A stretch of DNA of 64,000 nt. Origin: Nitrospinaceae bacterium. Lineage in GTDB: Bacteria; Nitrospinota; Nitrospinia; Nitrospinales; Nitrospinaceae. The stretch spans positions 928,001 to 992,000 of the forward strand of contig OZ250172.1 in assembly GCA_965237905.1 (NCBI GenBank), read 5' to 3'. Each line of letters begins with the position of its first letter. Position 1 is the first letter of the stretch. A program made the translations under genes and the position numbers. Shown one piece after another: positions 61,901-64,000 of the stretch. The notes under the pieces were generated by a model, which did no database searches, had not been told where the DNA came from, and was given only the letters and a program-made list of their open reading frames with translations.

Positions 61901-64000
61901 ATCAACCTGGGCAATACCAGGGAATTGTTTGTTAAATTCATCAACGATGCGTTGATAGGCAATTTTGATGCGTACAACGGACGCTACGGGTTGTTGGTTG
62001 GGGTCGGTAACGGGCACTTTGGATTGGTTGGCAAAAGCCAATAGTTCAGCCAATACTTGTTTTTCGGCGTCATTCAGCGGACCGGTGGCAGCTTGGATCG
62101 CTGCCACGTCGTTAATTTGAATATCCACGTCCATCCCGGATTTATGTTCTCTATCGCCAGGGTCATGGTTAGGAAAGTCGTCTTTGGGGTCATTAGGGTC
62201 GTCGACGGTGTGCCCATTTTCGCTGATGGCCAGGATGGTCTGGGTTTCCAGAACGCTGGCCGTTGCCGTTTTAATCAGGTCAATCAACCAGCTAGTACCA
62301 TAACGTAATTTGGTCGGCGTAGTCCCATCACTCTCTACGGCAATGGCGAAATTGCCTTTACCGTCATCCACCAACTCCGTCCAACGGGGAGCATTGGCCG
62401 CGTTCAGCCACGCATGCGTGAGCAAGGTCCGGTCCACCCTGCCGTCTTCAGTCGCCGGATCTCCGGCGTCTGTTCCTGTCTGCACGTCATGGATCGCGGA
62501 CTGAAACAGTTTAATGGCCTCAATGGTTTTGGGTCCCACAACTCCATCCACTGCGAGCGGATTCCCATCTGCGTCCGGATACCCAAGATAGGCCAACCGT
62601 TGCTGGACCTGAAACACGTTCAAAACGAAATCCGTTCCGTTGGCACCGACACTATCCAGCTCATCCGGTAGATGATCTTCCATTTTAATTTCATTGAAAC
62701 CATCTGAAATATCAATGGCTATCGTCTGTGTCTCGTCATCAACCACCACGTTTAATAATGTGGTTAATCCTTTGAAATCGGTTTGCAGTGCTGTGACATC
62801 CGGAACAAAATACAGTTTACCGGAATCCTGAAACCAATCCTTCACTCCGACCAATTTTTCAAAGTCAACCAGAAAGGATTCGCTTGTGGTTAGAGACGCG
62901 ATCTCAGATGCATACGCATTGCCGCCAAGTCTGGCAACAGCGTGCAAGATACGCATGGTGGACTCAAGCTCTTCCAAGGTCAAAGTACCCGTATCGCCAT
63001 CAAAATTCTCAAAAATACCGTCTCTTGCAACGATTGCTGAATCGATCATATCTGTTGTTGATTCATCGGCCACATCCTGCCAAAAAACGCTGTCGTAACT
63101 GAGGCTGGCCCGGGCCGTTGCTTCCCAATCCGGTCCGCGTCCCATTAATTCCCCAAAGAAGATCCGGCCGCCGGGTACCGCAACCGGAGTTGTTGTATCT
63201 CCTGTAATGACGTCAAACGTTGCACCTGGGTAAACTTTCGAAAGATCCAACTCGATCACATCACCGACTTTCCCCTCATCAAACAAAGGGATAAATCGCA
63301 CATTGTCGATTGTTACGCTGGCAGCAATGCCATCTGCTTCGTTGACAACCGTATTTGGATCGTCAGCCCTATCCGTAAGCTCAAAAGTAAGATTATGCAC
63401 TTTGTTGAGCAGATCCTCGGGGATCAACACAAACTTCCCAGTCAGCCCATCATTGCTGGCGAGAGACAAATCAATTTCCGCAACGATATTTTTTCGTCCG
63501 AAGGAGTCCAGGCTTACCTTCAACAGATCAGTCGTCGGGTCTCCAAGCAAGTGCATATCGAAGGCAAGCATAACGTTGTCCGGAAAATACATCCAGTTAT
63601 GGGTGCGGTCTACATGTCCAGGGGTAAACTCTCCATCGGACAATAGAACAGAATGATCCGCCGGCGTTAAAATATCTCCTTCACCACCCCCGCCATAATG
63701 GGACCAGCCAGGTTGTTGAAAACCGTCCTCGTTGGAATTTGTAGGAGTTTCAGGGTTGAAATGCTGAAAATCGCCATTGACGATCTCAAAGGGAGTCCAG
63801 GACGGTTTCCACTTGGCTTTGGCAAGCCCATCTTTTGTCAGCGTTGAGAGATCGAAGTTTGCTATATCTGCGGTATCGATGCCTGCGATACCCGCGATGT
63901 TGGCTACGCCGGCGGCATCCGATATAAAACGCGGGGTATGCCCGTGATCTTGATTGGGAGGAGGAGGAAGAAGAGGAGGAGAGGGAGGAGGAGGATCAAA
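31919..64000 (-). CDS. Giant RTX-type secreted surface protein/adhesin (at least 10,693 aa; 5' end outside the window)
   Basis: The ORF track gives 10,574 aa from TTG 63643. Manual translation shows the frame stays open to base 64000 (FDPPPPSPPLLPPPPNQDHGH...HSVLLSDGE). It has many GGxGxDx Ca-binding nonapeptides, Calx-beta-like and LamG-like domains, HEIGHYLGLDH and a PG-binding motif. Confidence 0.93.
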   Translation of the reverse strand, partial: FDPPPPSPPLLPPPPNQDHGHTPRFISDAAGVANIAGIAGIDTADIANFDLSTLTKDGLAKAKWKPSWTPFEIVNGDFQHFNPETPTNSNEDGFQQPGWSHYGGGGEGDILTPADHSVLLSDGEFTPGHVDRTHNWMYFPDNVMLAFDMHLLGDPTTDLLKVSLDSFGRKNIVAEIDLSLASNDGLTGKFVLIPEDLLNKVHNLTFELTDRADDPNTVVNEADGIAASVTIDNVRFIPLFDEGKVGDVIELDLSKVYPGATFDVITGDTTTPVAVPGGRIFFGELMGRGPDWEATARASLSYDSVFWQDVADESTTDMIDSAIVARDGIFENFDGDTGTLTLEELESTMRILHAVARLGGNAYASEIASLTTSESFLVDFEKLVGVKDWFQDSGKLYFVPDVTALQTDFKGLTTLLNVVVDDETQTIAIDISDGFNEIKMEDHLPDELDSVGANGTDFVLNVFQVQQRLAYLGYPDADGNPLAVDGVVGPKTIEAIKLFQSAIHDVQTGTDAGDPATEDGRVDRTLLTHAWLNAANAPRWTELVDDGKGNFAIAVESDGTTPTKLRYGTSWLIDLIKTATASVLETQTILAISENGHTVDDPNDPKDDFPNHDPGDREHKSGMDVDIQINDVAAIQAATGPLNDAEKQVLAELLAFANQSKVPVTDPNQQPVASVVRIKIAYQRIVDEFNKQFPGIAQVDEAFTTFYQIEIGAPSKPVELPAAAKEVIQQGANELGIVSRTITGNPVVNKAIGGLKGRLGTLNGFVHNSPGPDLGDFLQFGQPILAYFDRVVSFDENPTYFGINQTIEDYITRLWADAEEGLSNIGITVSGGLTTSNIVEFDINFSLGKNIDYQLDLSGLLPFMDSSDNKVDLGLSVNLDAQLSLRLDLNDFFEDPDANPLTLDDMFIEVGFIELNARVGAGNLNFSADLDVIELGIKDALAQFNFTAGVALTDLTPEDGRLTITDIINDDVDVAVTVTGALDILLPIVATSEIGNTEIEATATIAITDDNVFDDTPATFTATGSVTLDEIVVGDFLKIDKPRVDFKLESGNQIIELNAAGASINIFDTITASITDSDLDGNAISGSFDLDTNILRLTADKVDFTVENLLTANASTVVITYDSNAPPEQEVLGIVEDLSVTLLPFDTTLDVSFIPDLEIIAAGAGLQQVQRSLSVRNNGFTLGKIEKNFGTFNLGSFLTLTDLTVFAERIDYTAGGPFSTKLGLTADPVTLDILGVITATASDFVASYDIGTAVFEMNFTRLDLNVDVAGVPFLTAFGTDVDLMYDFNTEILDLSMDQLNLDVLGVFTATSGAVKLTFDPSIAGSQKFGFIKDLAVLIDVGFGEFNLFTLDSLLLFSDTVWAVHGLNYYNLSVEADRDRFLNDILSLPADDIATLSQTIIEDGFGIVTENFLTISAPTFLGPDHEKIIDLLALPAELDVIVDLGERVDELTVVGDIDLGDKNLFLFAETILFDPGSSIVTFGDVNINAASRIDISQKDIVELLASILAFAPGSSVTLNYETIKQILLGTSTASVDSSGASISGANVTLSAISTVTGISEHFLPVDTEDLGFELKFPGFAVALAIAQSSAQVITGGASITSSEDLKIMSTSNVDVSALAEADESDNDLGLNATFAFSFLTSDALTYVDESTTLSANGSLEISAINTVSVKTTADGMPSGSTGSVGGSVAVAFVDVETTARIEDSVLIASQPSEIAINAQTDLSVDTKSIATPGGSTGNGAETQSEVQNNGGKTSDGDLQIAAAISLNIVNADTLAQIDSPTTAPPGFLAVENPIAVSGQSKLAVAANADGSTVSGGGDGVGVGVAINVGDISTKALISGQIDSGSVEISASTLAKDEKSAFSAKAVSGAGASDVGVAGSFALNTVTVVTEALISGTVSSGDQNVSINADSSVSVDTSAKAKTEGAGESVGVGGSVALSIVDLLTRAEIEDNATLINVGDLSLNSKTTPKVTTLAEAGVAGGSTSIGGAVAITIADVDTFARVGTFVGPMALSGTLLVEAAQDEGTVSTTADGTVTGASSVGVGAALALTLGKDLVGATVWRSTVATGTGESKISSRVVGRRESTAKGSVAGTSSQANNEGSANAQIGKQRVFGQQQVVNLGSTAGSGSAQTPGAGSSEGPIGVGAAVGVTIADISSAATVMSDVSVGGSLTVESSANADVITTADASATETSIGIGAAAAINLADVSNTAYIPALINVESRALTVGATMASRSDETTAAHTLTAKATSGAGAQTVGVAGSFALNSIDVITEAYVADGATVVGGDVSLIAEASVSAEAMAKAKTEGAGGTAGVGAGVALNIVDLLTRAEIEDNATLTNVGDLSLKATTTPKITTLAEAGASGANVSVGGAVAITIADVETFSRVGTFAGPMALSGTLSVEAAQDEGTVSTTADGTITGASSVGVGAALALTLGKDLVGATVWRSTVATGTGESKISSRVVGRRESIAKASAAGTSSQANNEGSANAQIGKQRVFGQEQSADAGSAAGNDSPTTPNADSSGGPIGIGAAVGVTIADISSAATVLSDLSVGGSLAVESSANADVITTADASVTKTNIGIGAAAAINLADVSNTAYIPALINVESKALTVGATMASRSDETTAVHTLTAKATSGAGAQDSSVGVAGAYAQNFVDNLTEAVIQTGADVDAGGGAVTLQAENITNHTAVATSATGGDVGVGASVALNILDTNITRAEIMDGAGLTGAGDVLVSATAGHTVTTTTKAGATGGNVSISPSAAIAIVDNDTIARIGIGTTALDASGTVGVNALHSSSVTTLSDGSVVGEVGVGVAVAVTDANDIVMAELTRELWAGGAVTITAHSAALTSTRAKAAAKGAPSSGGNDANTEADNQMGHGRALTTEGSTGNDAPDATSSDGAGGSEDVGVAAAVAVNLADSETRAKLSDNVYGATGSGSASGQLTVQTAGDTDASATADSSAVAGVGIGAAVAINVVGLTTEAMIGASSTVEATGVDVGALMNTTGDTTHKFGATATSGAGAPDSSVGVAGAFALNNVDNRTEAVIQTGADVDAGGGAVTLQAENTTDHTVEATSATGGDVGVGASVALNILDINITRAEIMDGAGLTGAGDVLVSTTAGHTVTTTTEAGAADGSIAISPSTAISIVDNDTTARIGTGTTALDASGTVGVNALHNSSITTTVGADVAADSVGVGASVGINIVDETIDAIVARSISASGAIDILAESAITSEVIAKAGAGGNSSSARNSDDEADGQVNDNSLTNDGGLGRTLPSAGGEITSASATADSESGNSSSSVGVAAAVAVNVVDVSNTASIISGADIDTAGAVRVSAMAEVDATAKALGGSISLESGSINVAAAVALNVATVENRAFIDSGSLVEGNGIIIEALTTGAERNEFIAWGASASGGKSDVGVAGSVGINVVDFSTEASARDGSILKSESTLKVDAETDIGLQTLAAGGGFSTDGTAVGASVAVTVLEGVGGDPMTTAYIAGNADAADTMSVTAETDLAPITFTQTLLGETDIVDFMSMAIAGGATQGQTGVGAAVVVNVFDLTTTAYIDDGSMINKDAIISPKGSVIVQATSTTDIVSVAGALGLSTDAAGVGLGLDVAVIDKDTRAYIGSGAQVESDGNIEIDANSNEDILSIAANAGIAGTTGVAGSVSVQVVNIDTRAYIDSTPLAMTTVHAEGDIAISADNTADITMIAGAVGVGDSTGVGASNTTLVKTNTIVASIGQGADIVSMGAQGVSVLATSSEDVLTTVVAGASSSSVAVAGAVTVITLNTTTQAFITGATVVADANVKVSADSEAIFKTIIGNIAISADSVGVGASLSTVIHTDRTEAFIDDASVVTAKGLGGTVSVLTGERSGDTKVLEDMHGVAVVANSYEDLLTITAGAANGAEVGVDGSIIVNNLDETTLAYIGQGTQINLPGMGAGVNQDVLVRASDETEIIAVAGGIQFGGSAGVGAGLDFGTITKNTQAYISRSAPVNARGDIVIDANSEEDITSVAANFGASNLAGIAFSGSEYTLDTSTRAYIDSAPLAITTVHAEGDIAISADGKADISMTAGSVGIGDSAGIGAANTTLIKTDTVEAFVGQNADIVSMGAQGLSVLATSSEDILSIAAAGAGSTTAGIAGSATINLLTENTYAYIGDHAVINATSADDSAPNVTVKASSNTDVLGFAGAASLSSSVAVGAGVDTAVINKDTQAYIAAAANVTADGNVIVEALSTEDLASFSVAGAASGSVGVIISAAVYHLTTTTRAYIGNDGPLGLSSVDITNVHADGSVIVSADTSTEMDLIAGNLVGAGSVGVGAAGAVAIVDKTTEAFIGSLAQVTGKGQQPAVSARTGVFGDAVFIPTPELQGEVGETITFNEIPGTDVDGNLNPDTITRDVGNWETDGFAIGDTISIEGSSNAGSYLIADITDAGQTLVLDPSQVLTTETIAVDDNALVIVRLSSADGEVDPVGESANSDASFTGDRTIDPGRADLQGVAITATNRDDLETYGVSLAGSGTAAVAIGGSSNIIETNTRAFIGAQAQINADLSGASTGQDVLVAAANDFYHLGFGAGVALAGTGTGAPGVEISLIKNNVDAYIGSGALVQANNDVIVSAVGSEDFLVITAGVAVGGVVGIAGGVGYLSIENTTKAHIDSNATVYAEGDVLVTASDTTNIDAIAGAVGVGIAAAGAAGSVGTVNITKDTQAFIGVDAIINANGHGTGFSDIYSGDISGSNFDTETMNGVAVQAHSSEDVFTLAVAGGVGLYFGLAGGLLTTLIDSDTTASIGDRALINTDRSSKFQRLPNETLTFTENPGTDVDGNLINPDTITRSIGSWETDGFAIGDTISVDGEVSPNSGTYTIADIIDGGQTLVLEIDQELFNETITVGEEAPVITRVTADPSPTFVRSTDETLTFVESTDTSPDTITRDAGSWENDGFRIGDTISVSGQNSPNAGTHKIADITDGGQTLVLESAGVLVSETIAIGEDAPTIVRFTTDIGGSADQGVNVSATNFTSVETFAGALAGGVAGLAGGIDMGNIKNDTSASIGENAEVLASVDVDVNALSIKELDTLSISGALGIVGLAGSINIWSIGTAFDSTYENNQETDGNGDKVLQSASASEGDGSGEGSNTGEGEADGQSAGATSLLADSLNVGSTAPAQTVSAMGDASARLNADGSGAGDLEAKIGEVVATPPGVSATVGSGTMIVALDDVEVRAIEKMTVDVVAGAFAVGIVGFGAGIVVLNVRSTTIASISGEVMAGDDVLVRAQLIDDVEGLGFAGAFGYVGLGAAVTVIKDNSSQFASIGDGGAIHIADTVTIEALDSRTIKGDAAQIAGGLAAIGASYVKITVSGSTHAFLGNGVQIGQLFDNAVNDVVIRADSDIDPTIKAFGLAGGVGAGTINFGFVVMRPDVQAFIGDFSRVTVNRDVLVRADFDTKARADGKGVAVGGFAAGFMVANINLGGGDGVEASVRQGSVVDARFLQIGAISRDDLEADTFAGKGGVVAISGSFSGIDSDLAAVAKIGNDVQVNTDALEISSFHEQDVDSRSDSVTIAAGSGTGAVTDNKVTSKANVDIGTGVTVNTGSLRITAINELTKNKFEGGNLRSETAALSGAIDFLSSTTDIGTGADKFQAVVNIGTGSHLIANGVLEVATRINVEAIDSVLVEGISGVSGNSFAKSTVNINSLANVAVDGAILENLGGDVQLSAKSEVVNVASANLFVASGLSGSASGDANAITRAENRVDVHNSQIKGNDVNLFTGKGGALLSGNLMFSFANATITTASLLPSITRPKLRAEIDENNLVNVTGNTQLEAFQDVNLVANPDLFPFAKTDGQALSLSLIPYGMSIPDTGVVKGVSKVNIDPTATVKAGSNNKIIVQIKSFEFQGNPVIPGIDTSLLGTELTTQQKIDFGLPAELENVPYEFAALGADNIVLSINQGTIVRVVAGSTNGIEGNYYQYRPVTDHSSDAVLLEQENYFDTSRWRNLGVLTADEILIEETTGNPIYDSDITLQLGAALENKFYVVKPVQMEDLRLTYANVGNLLIEEYEKILGWIVNHDGDDEALARYAVQLLAVETALIKLGLFATEEVEGEEKLGINAELDTLFLELPNIEASPGSVFIESPDSASDAFGDIVGTQILAGAGAQISIFNETPFSMIVNDTFIRDNKRITIDDNGNFQLLEPGNVYLNNQPVFPSDLTPEELEAFKAEIEFLNLQNKTITIVQNLLGLITDYDTEGFLLPSVEQDLFIRGDVINEDGTIEIQNAEASISVSGEIRGEQVVIGAAGDFTLNAEDWLHTNRDPRQYIDYDRVREQVFNSAKPDFPAPPDPDSTFRFGSLNDVLATTATLVREVFVDNDGGNGGGFFGSFTFGSVYKYVGAGAASVLLNAVDYAGDPNWKLLEPGDDGFVDFSSSSPKNNRYLSNFGTGFLNFFLRQNPVVQVTPLATLADAINEDASDVRSPDDLNVRKDPTSASKILSQGRISITARFLNVNGLIQSGTDVIEMDIAADFVGPTQTTNFRDSSGNFLPGISFGADGVPIDGYWDAQRQAIVLEELVPQGGEIIIAGQIMSTGNGQLKVASGFTGVDIDNNSPFQLVVNRIDTTEDRVGKITIIDTDLLEKTVYELSGGQITETHFNGTAIVNPPPGELAEEDYEDGFIPRIDYIQEGVDIQHAIGQDIKYQLEDGLRYVWTEGQERTNVDRRVYQEKSFGLLPGIQVDFLVKDRGWQSRTIVDRDNDFLLESESLEEKNGDGIPGYVEDGDAYTIALRRINDITVDIDTGALVKDMRPDVGTGLIYRYIPQLKPIDVELNTIDFPSNPDWEELSPQEQIDLDFEESDPGKNEFLSDFINVRVTQFGPHVSGGGYLRTLTVTTIIRIETGIKDFFTHTLEADHPIDIVFTGGAAVPDITIESLGDIFIQGHLEAPDSGNVHLTSGGSISQAEGVGIFSAATNLNAGVVFNSPASVADPDATLVLVVVGNTGIPVNALSTGDIIINVFSEDNDHNSVVIGQVTSIFGNVTVNARHGVTMFDSSSFIRGERVELRVDEGAIGTASQAIRIDSNTHGFGGVAARALGDINIVEILSDPTEISDDPQIPDDLNLLQPEAIPDAEASIHSLTGDVRLETLSGSILDNFTELFNLSGSIDADNLNPLQQQLVNDNTFTLDAFRFPVSPGLYKTLFPLAEFLGEEQETSAPETLNIKGANVTLIAGGAEAEAQIGRVEAITTIVFKQTSPDQPFDYSALSTAEKELLSRATANDIVGVNYELFRYIGTADLDVNLIHVEVIPDVTLVKDLNTGTVYRYIGATAIQISLRDVDYANDVNWVDASDMSHPSWIDTSNINAIPNVTLVNHEGVVFEYIGAETEIFLSQTDFTDITLWMEATLVDPVTFEQNPVENRYFSNFKNIDPTIFVQDVDNDRFLSDYLNQDRFSDTSLWQKITPDFVTSVDSTGLVNTGNTVLVEFDADVYGVYEFLGTSGSINFANQDYNDGTRWQKLVAEHATDDNTVATIMAGDLVLNKFVVESLTLELSDDVDFEATSSLTVDAFDGVSLETPADVMIQHIIAGGDVRLESQGNITDLHDTGTLAAISSFGNLTLGASGFIQGDDGTSPFRIQLSPSSALRAIAGGEVDIVQVAEDVTINSIFQEISDLFVSRVDAGGSATIEVIEGNMIVGRVSSDVSVDLIADDSILDAFEDSGAPIVNVFTGNVTSPATGDVTLTAGGDIGIASNFLDVEIRLGDLDAFAGRDIFIHSPRTLNIRELKSDSGDVALDVEGDALIDQITALMGTVAVRADLSIVDRRSDSTSNIDANTIVLNAEAGTVGTSNPNPFEINSSHLIGGTVTVEAFGEIFLIETDDGLIETDDDMVINTIVSETDDVTLETVNGSILDGNLLFALGIEGLTLADFNITAPLDPEDLNISAININMTAQNGSIGTSGDAIEIDSSPILSTGHLNATATSDIYLTEVNGELNVGLVNSDQGDVGLNVRDSADTGEDLLMDPNARIFAVLGSVFLNAGDNAIFDLGSLVVSADEIILHGDIGDTGNNDADPTFIHILNTLDTDAIEIAGNREDDLIILEPEALTGYTHVLGDIDGLPGGRDTIILDQLPSITNSHDRPGDGVDGLVRDSVDLDGRGGYDTYIINTTGGLTDYRVNVLDTGLPNDGADTLTINGSDNSDIFLLRRVTEIIGQVADAPAFVTLIKGTLDEVLANSPDRPIEQERINYDENINGRLIVNSLGGDDYFASDDTTAIVTLDGGAGKDTFQIGQLYKTARVADDVAPEDAFDTVEATRGFLSRGVSLPMTIYGGSGEDQFSIYSNKAPLRLEGNDGNDTFVIRAFALVTGDGFTTEETTEIDTGLGEDTIQYNINAPVAIDGGGGFDTVVVVGTEFSDNFAITEDGVFGAGLFVRFDNIEAVQVDGVEGDDDFFVLSTPSGVVTTVIGGLGSDQFNVGSDVTQTIISRDPEGLSGVINHSISSTTDADYDQLLAPGIDLTIGTADQGKVIITESDGKTVVRESGMGALDDYTVRLASAPTENVYVTVSAARSASEDEDQGGDSILVSSDGTTFEEAVVLTFTSDNWMDDQIVSVKGIDDGFVEGERIYVVSHAMKSDDLFFNSNDQEFAISDVEVTVIDDDQAGLVFEQTGNKTQILEGNLMAPGNITGISDSYTLQLTRPPVAGETVTVSLDFDSTQFVLTNLMGDARFDTTTNTIVFDSTNMNPVEIGVEAVDDGVRENTLRLAITHNVTSTDTGFVVDGAPELEVIVVDNDTAGLLVTETDGSTLLFKADAANPAVSDSYDIRLTSAPVGEVVVSILTDGQTLISSDDIRFSGATGSLPPTVTFNASNWFDAVTLEVSVDPDFVPAPGAEFIKKFPVQPHTLAGIAGPLLIEGFFLEGANRSLVNPVMLPGESNIFPADGDVQDFTGTGESGAVDTMTVATADLEVARVRLGLATFSELVGLTLEISTGPGQGRFWEINAIDSVTTPGTSVLTLQNPTLLESAGFGDTVVPTSASTFAITDQSENFFVDENLQVDRTNIFNDGSVSDDTGVLDAVTVVNDVVSLAAPINLSGFGMGDNLTTDLGTPGDPSDDITFPGGITVDDLEVLEILLGTGNDLLTINDTLRNPALHGGLTLVHGGGNTETAPGVRGGDTIIINGGGGSASPLVVYGDTSQDGNRYRGQSGIVEQDSEENPLAIQFGNFGDDIIDASASILGLTIYGGLGDDAITGSQGGDHLAGGSGNDLFFGQDGVDHIYGDSGVNVDPLTNLLTIPTVNTSSFPNHDPLVVGDDVIHGGGGADIVFGDHGIITEVVPALKVFSTAYFQIAKIESAVLNEGGEDTIYGDSGADILIGGANSINTLGDRIDGGTDDDLIFGDNVVLEHRPETALVRDASPRVRALTGSLIYDENGDVLADRVTGFADPRISAPWAEFEITGLDHTKALQDADGTNFGNDYIAGGADDDTIFGQLGDDVIQGDGSIDGLVEGGIPVAASREVLPGGLTGALLVTASFEADSDGDDYIEGNAGTDVIFGNLGQDDIVGGNSNFFSLDTDEERPDAGDLLFGGAGIRINRNEYVEDRSTGDGSGAVDIALVDRHSRDSDMILGDNGNIFRLLDASGAPLSFNYDDGYGEQIVVRAAELLDYTPGGPDWDPGLIDNGAGDELHGESGDDFIYAQVGDDVVFGEGQDDDLFGGWGRDWISGGTGDDGVLGDDGRIFTSRNGTAEPLYGIAATIQEHIDTPGNVQQADIHVTGELKKSVDLTPFNPVAGGNELSDPQYADDIIYGGLGSDWQHGGSGDDAMSGAEALPEYYDLPFNPGDVLRYSMVTGEFAEYDEFEPRLEIFYGAQDGQDVVFNLPGGGQYILEANSPFILNFNEEEGIFRPAGATGGNQSIEYGPVHDDGDDKLFGDLGNDWIVGGTGRDNLYGGWGDDLHNADDDHTTNTILGVGQNDAPDTHPTYEDRAYGGAGRDRLIGNTGGDRLIDWAGEFNSYIVPFAPFGMGTVSRTLQPQLAEFLYALSESDGADFTRGGDPARNGEPDGELGLVRQQDFAWQDQTGAPDDPQPGNIPGGPRDVLRSASFDGTQGIIGTGFFVDSGVFEVSGGELKVAAESLDGDAVAVFHVGDQLPGYFELQASVKFDKATGGWDANAYVIFDYQNESDFKFVGIDDKINKLVMGHRDASGWHVDEQGVVQGGVRPDKWYNMLVAINGVNVTLVVDNTEVFQHTYAPRIVDDYSYGLNWGLVGMGSDNARGSFDNVRVQILPPQVTLDDTEDFEDGVPDLFTMGMIGAWDVVGGRYTVDPGLSLGMNLLDLGPDNLNFNSYLELSAAVNTVDQAGFIFDRYGDESFKYMAIDATTDQLIIGHYTKNSGWAEDATVTTLIEVNTDYTLGLTLKGTTVSATLNAAGNGGFQAIVGHVFNASTVDGHFGLMALGGNANFDDVRVKTDDRAFEVPEAALMAAESAGESTATSTLTHGQLEKIFDAAVTRWTGVGYIDQARLATLDDLEFYIADMAGLALGRSSGNRIFIDPNAAGHGWFVDETPDANEEFLLSSNGWVAKPNSAAYGKMDLLTAVSHEIGHYLGLDHDDATSDTSVMSDTLQSGSRYVGEESSYRHMGEDTLLSSAFFAAGSAFLEETLGLTGESEDEEDGSEETLALVFDEESGEFSESEATSDDDEWYIDNGDVEPDEDVYALLDLEDEDFTQLAGLSLDDTNGQSDSRINWNGRYTS
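49150..50940 (-). repeat. Three copies of a ~65-aa module (PDTITRxxGxWExDGFxIGDTIS...NxGxxxIADIxDxGQTLVL) inside the giant ORF
   Basis: Copies at about 49150-49335, 49441-49645 and 50750-50940 share DNA-level blocks such as gagatggtatcgccaatt and atatcagcaatc. Confidence 0.9.
51690..53027 (-). repeat. Direct repeat pair of ~260 bp, offset 1080 bp, inside the giant ORF
   Basis: cttgcgctcccatggagacgatatc occurs at both 51721 and 52801; similarity continues to about 51947 and 53027. Confidence 0.85.
54511..56125 (-). repeat. Near-identical direct repeat pair of ~480 bp (54511-54988 and 55648-56125), offset 1137 bp
   Basis: tgtggagtgcattcacccccaccgtgccggaggcatccagagcag at 54511 and 55648; ccgcctgaaggg at 54844 and 55981. 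Confidence 0.92.
56102..58253 (-). repeat. Near-identical direct repeat pair of ~1010 bp (56102-57110 and 57245-58253), offset 1143 bp
   Basis: ctgagcaccggcgccagagg at 56102 and 57245; cctgccccttcagtctttgctttcgcc ends at 57110 and 58253; long identical runs lie between. Confidence 0.95.

Noticed and set aside
63643..63643. TTG start assigned to the giant ORF
   Set aside because: The frame is open upstream to base 64000, so the true start lies outside the window.
33429..63656. Many long plus-strand ORFs (e.g. 822 aa at 42023..44491, 590 aa at 38633..40405, 507 aa at 49811..51334)
   Set aside because: They are antisense shadows of the giant minus-strand gene, caused by its codon bias, and carry no recognisable motifs.

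Overview
Bacterial chromosomal window, probably from a Gram-negative (diderm) organism given the lipoproteins, PEP-CTERM/exosortase and RTX motifs. I found no rRNA, tRNA, CRISPR array or intact mobile element. The left half (1-31.9 kb) is gene-dense and contains: two paralogous MMPL/RND transporters with a TetR regulator, a LolA-like protein and shared operator palindromes; an ArsR-SRPBCC pair; a lipoprotein gene broken by a +1 shift in a G7 run; an FHA membrane protein plus trypsin-like protease pair; a three-gene cluster around a TIR-like/TPR protein; an AT-rich TIGR01777-TetR-YndJ-like operon; a Tes-like radical SAM-DUF547-MauE/DoxX-thioredoxin operon; gdhA; a DedA-flavin disulfide reductase fusion; rtcB; and a five-gene module of exosortase, VIT/vWA PEP-CTERM protein, DUF4153-like protein and a CreBC-like two-component system. 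The right half (31,919 to beyond 64,000) is a single uninterrupted minus-strand ORF of at least 10,693 codons that is still open at the window edge. It encodes a giant RTX-type surface protein with a peptidoglycan-binding/MepA-like module, near-identical ~1.14-kb internal repeats, inserted repeat modules, Calx-beta-like and LamG-like domains and a C-terminal metzincin motif. Family assignments come from motif recognition only; no searches were run.
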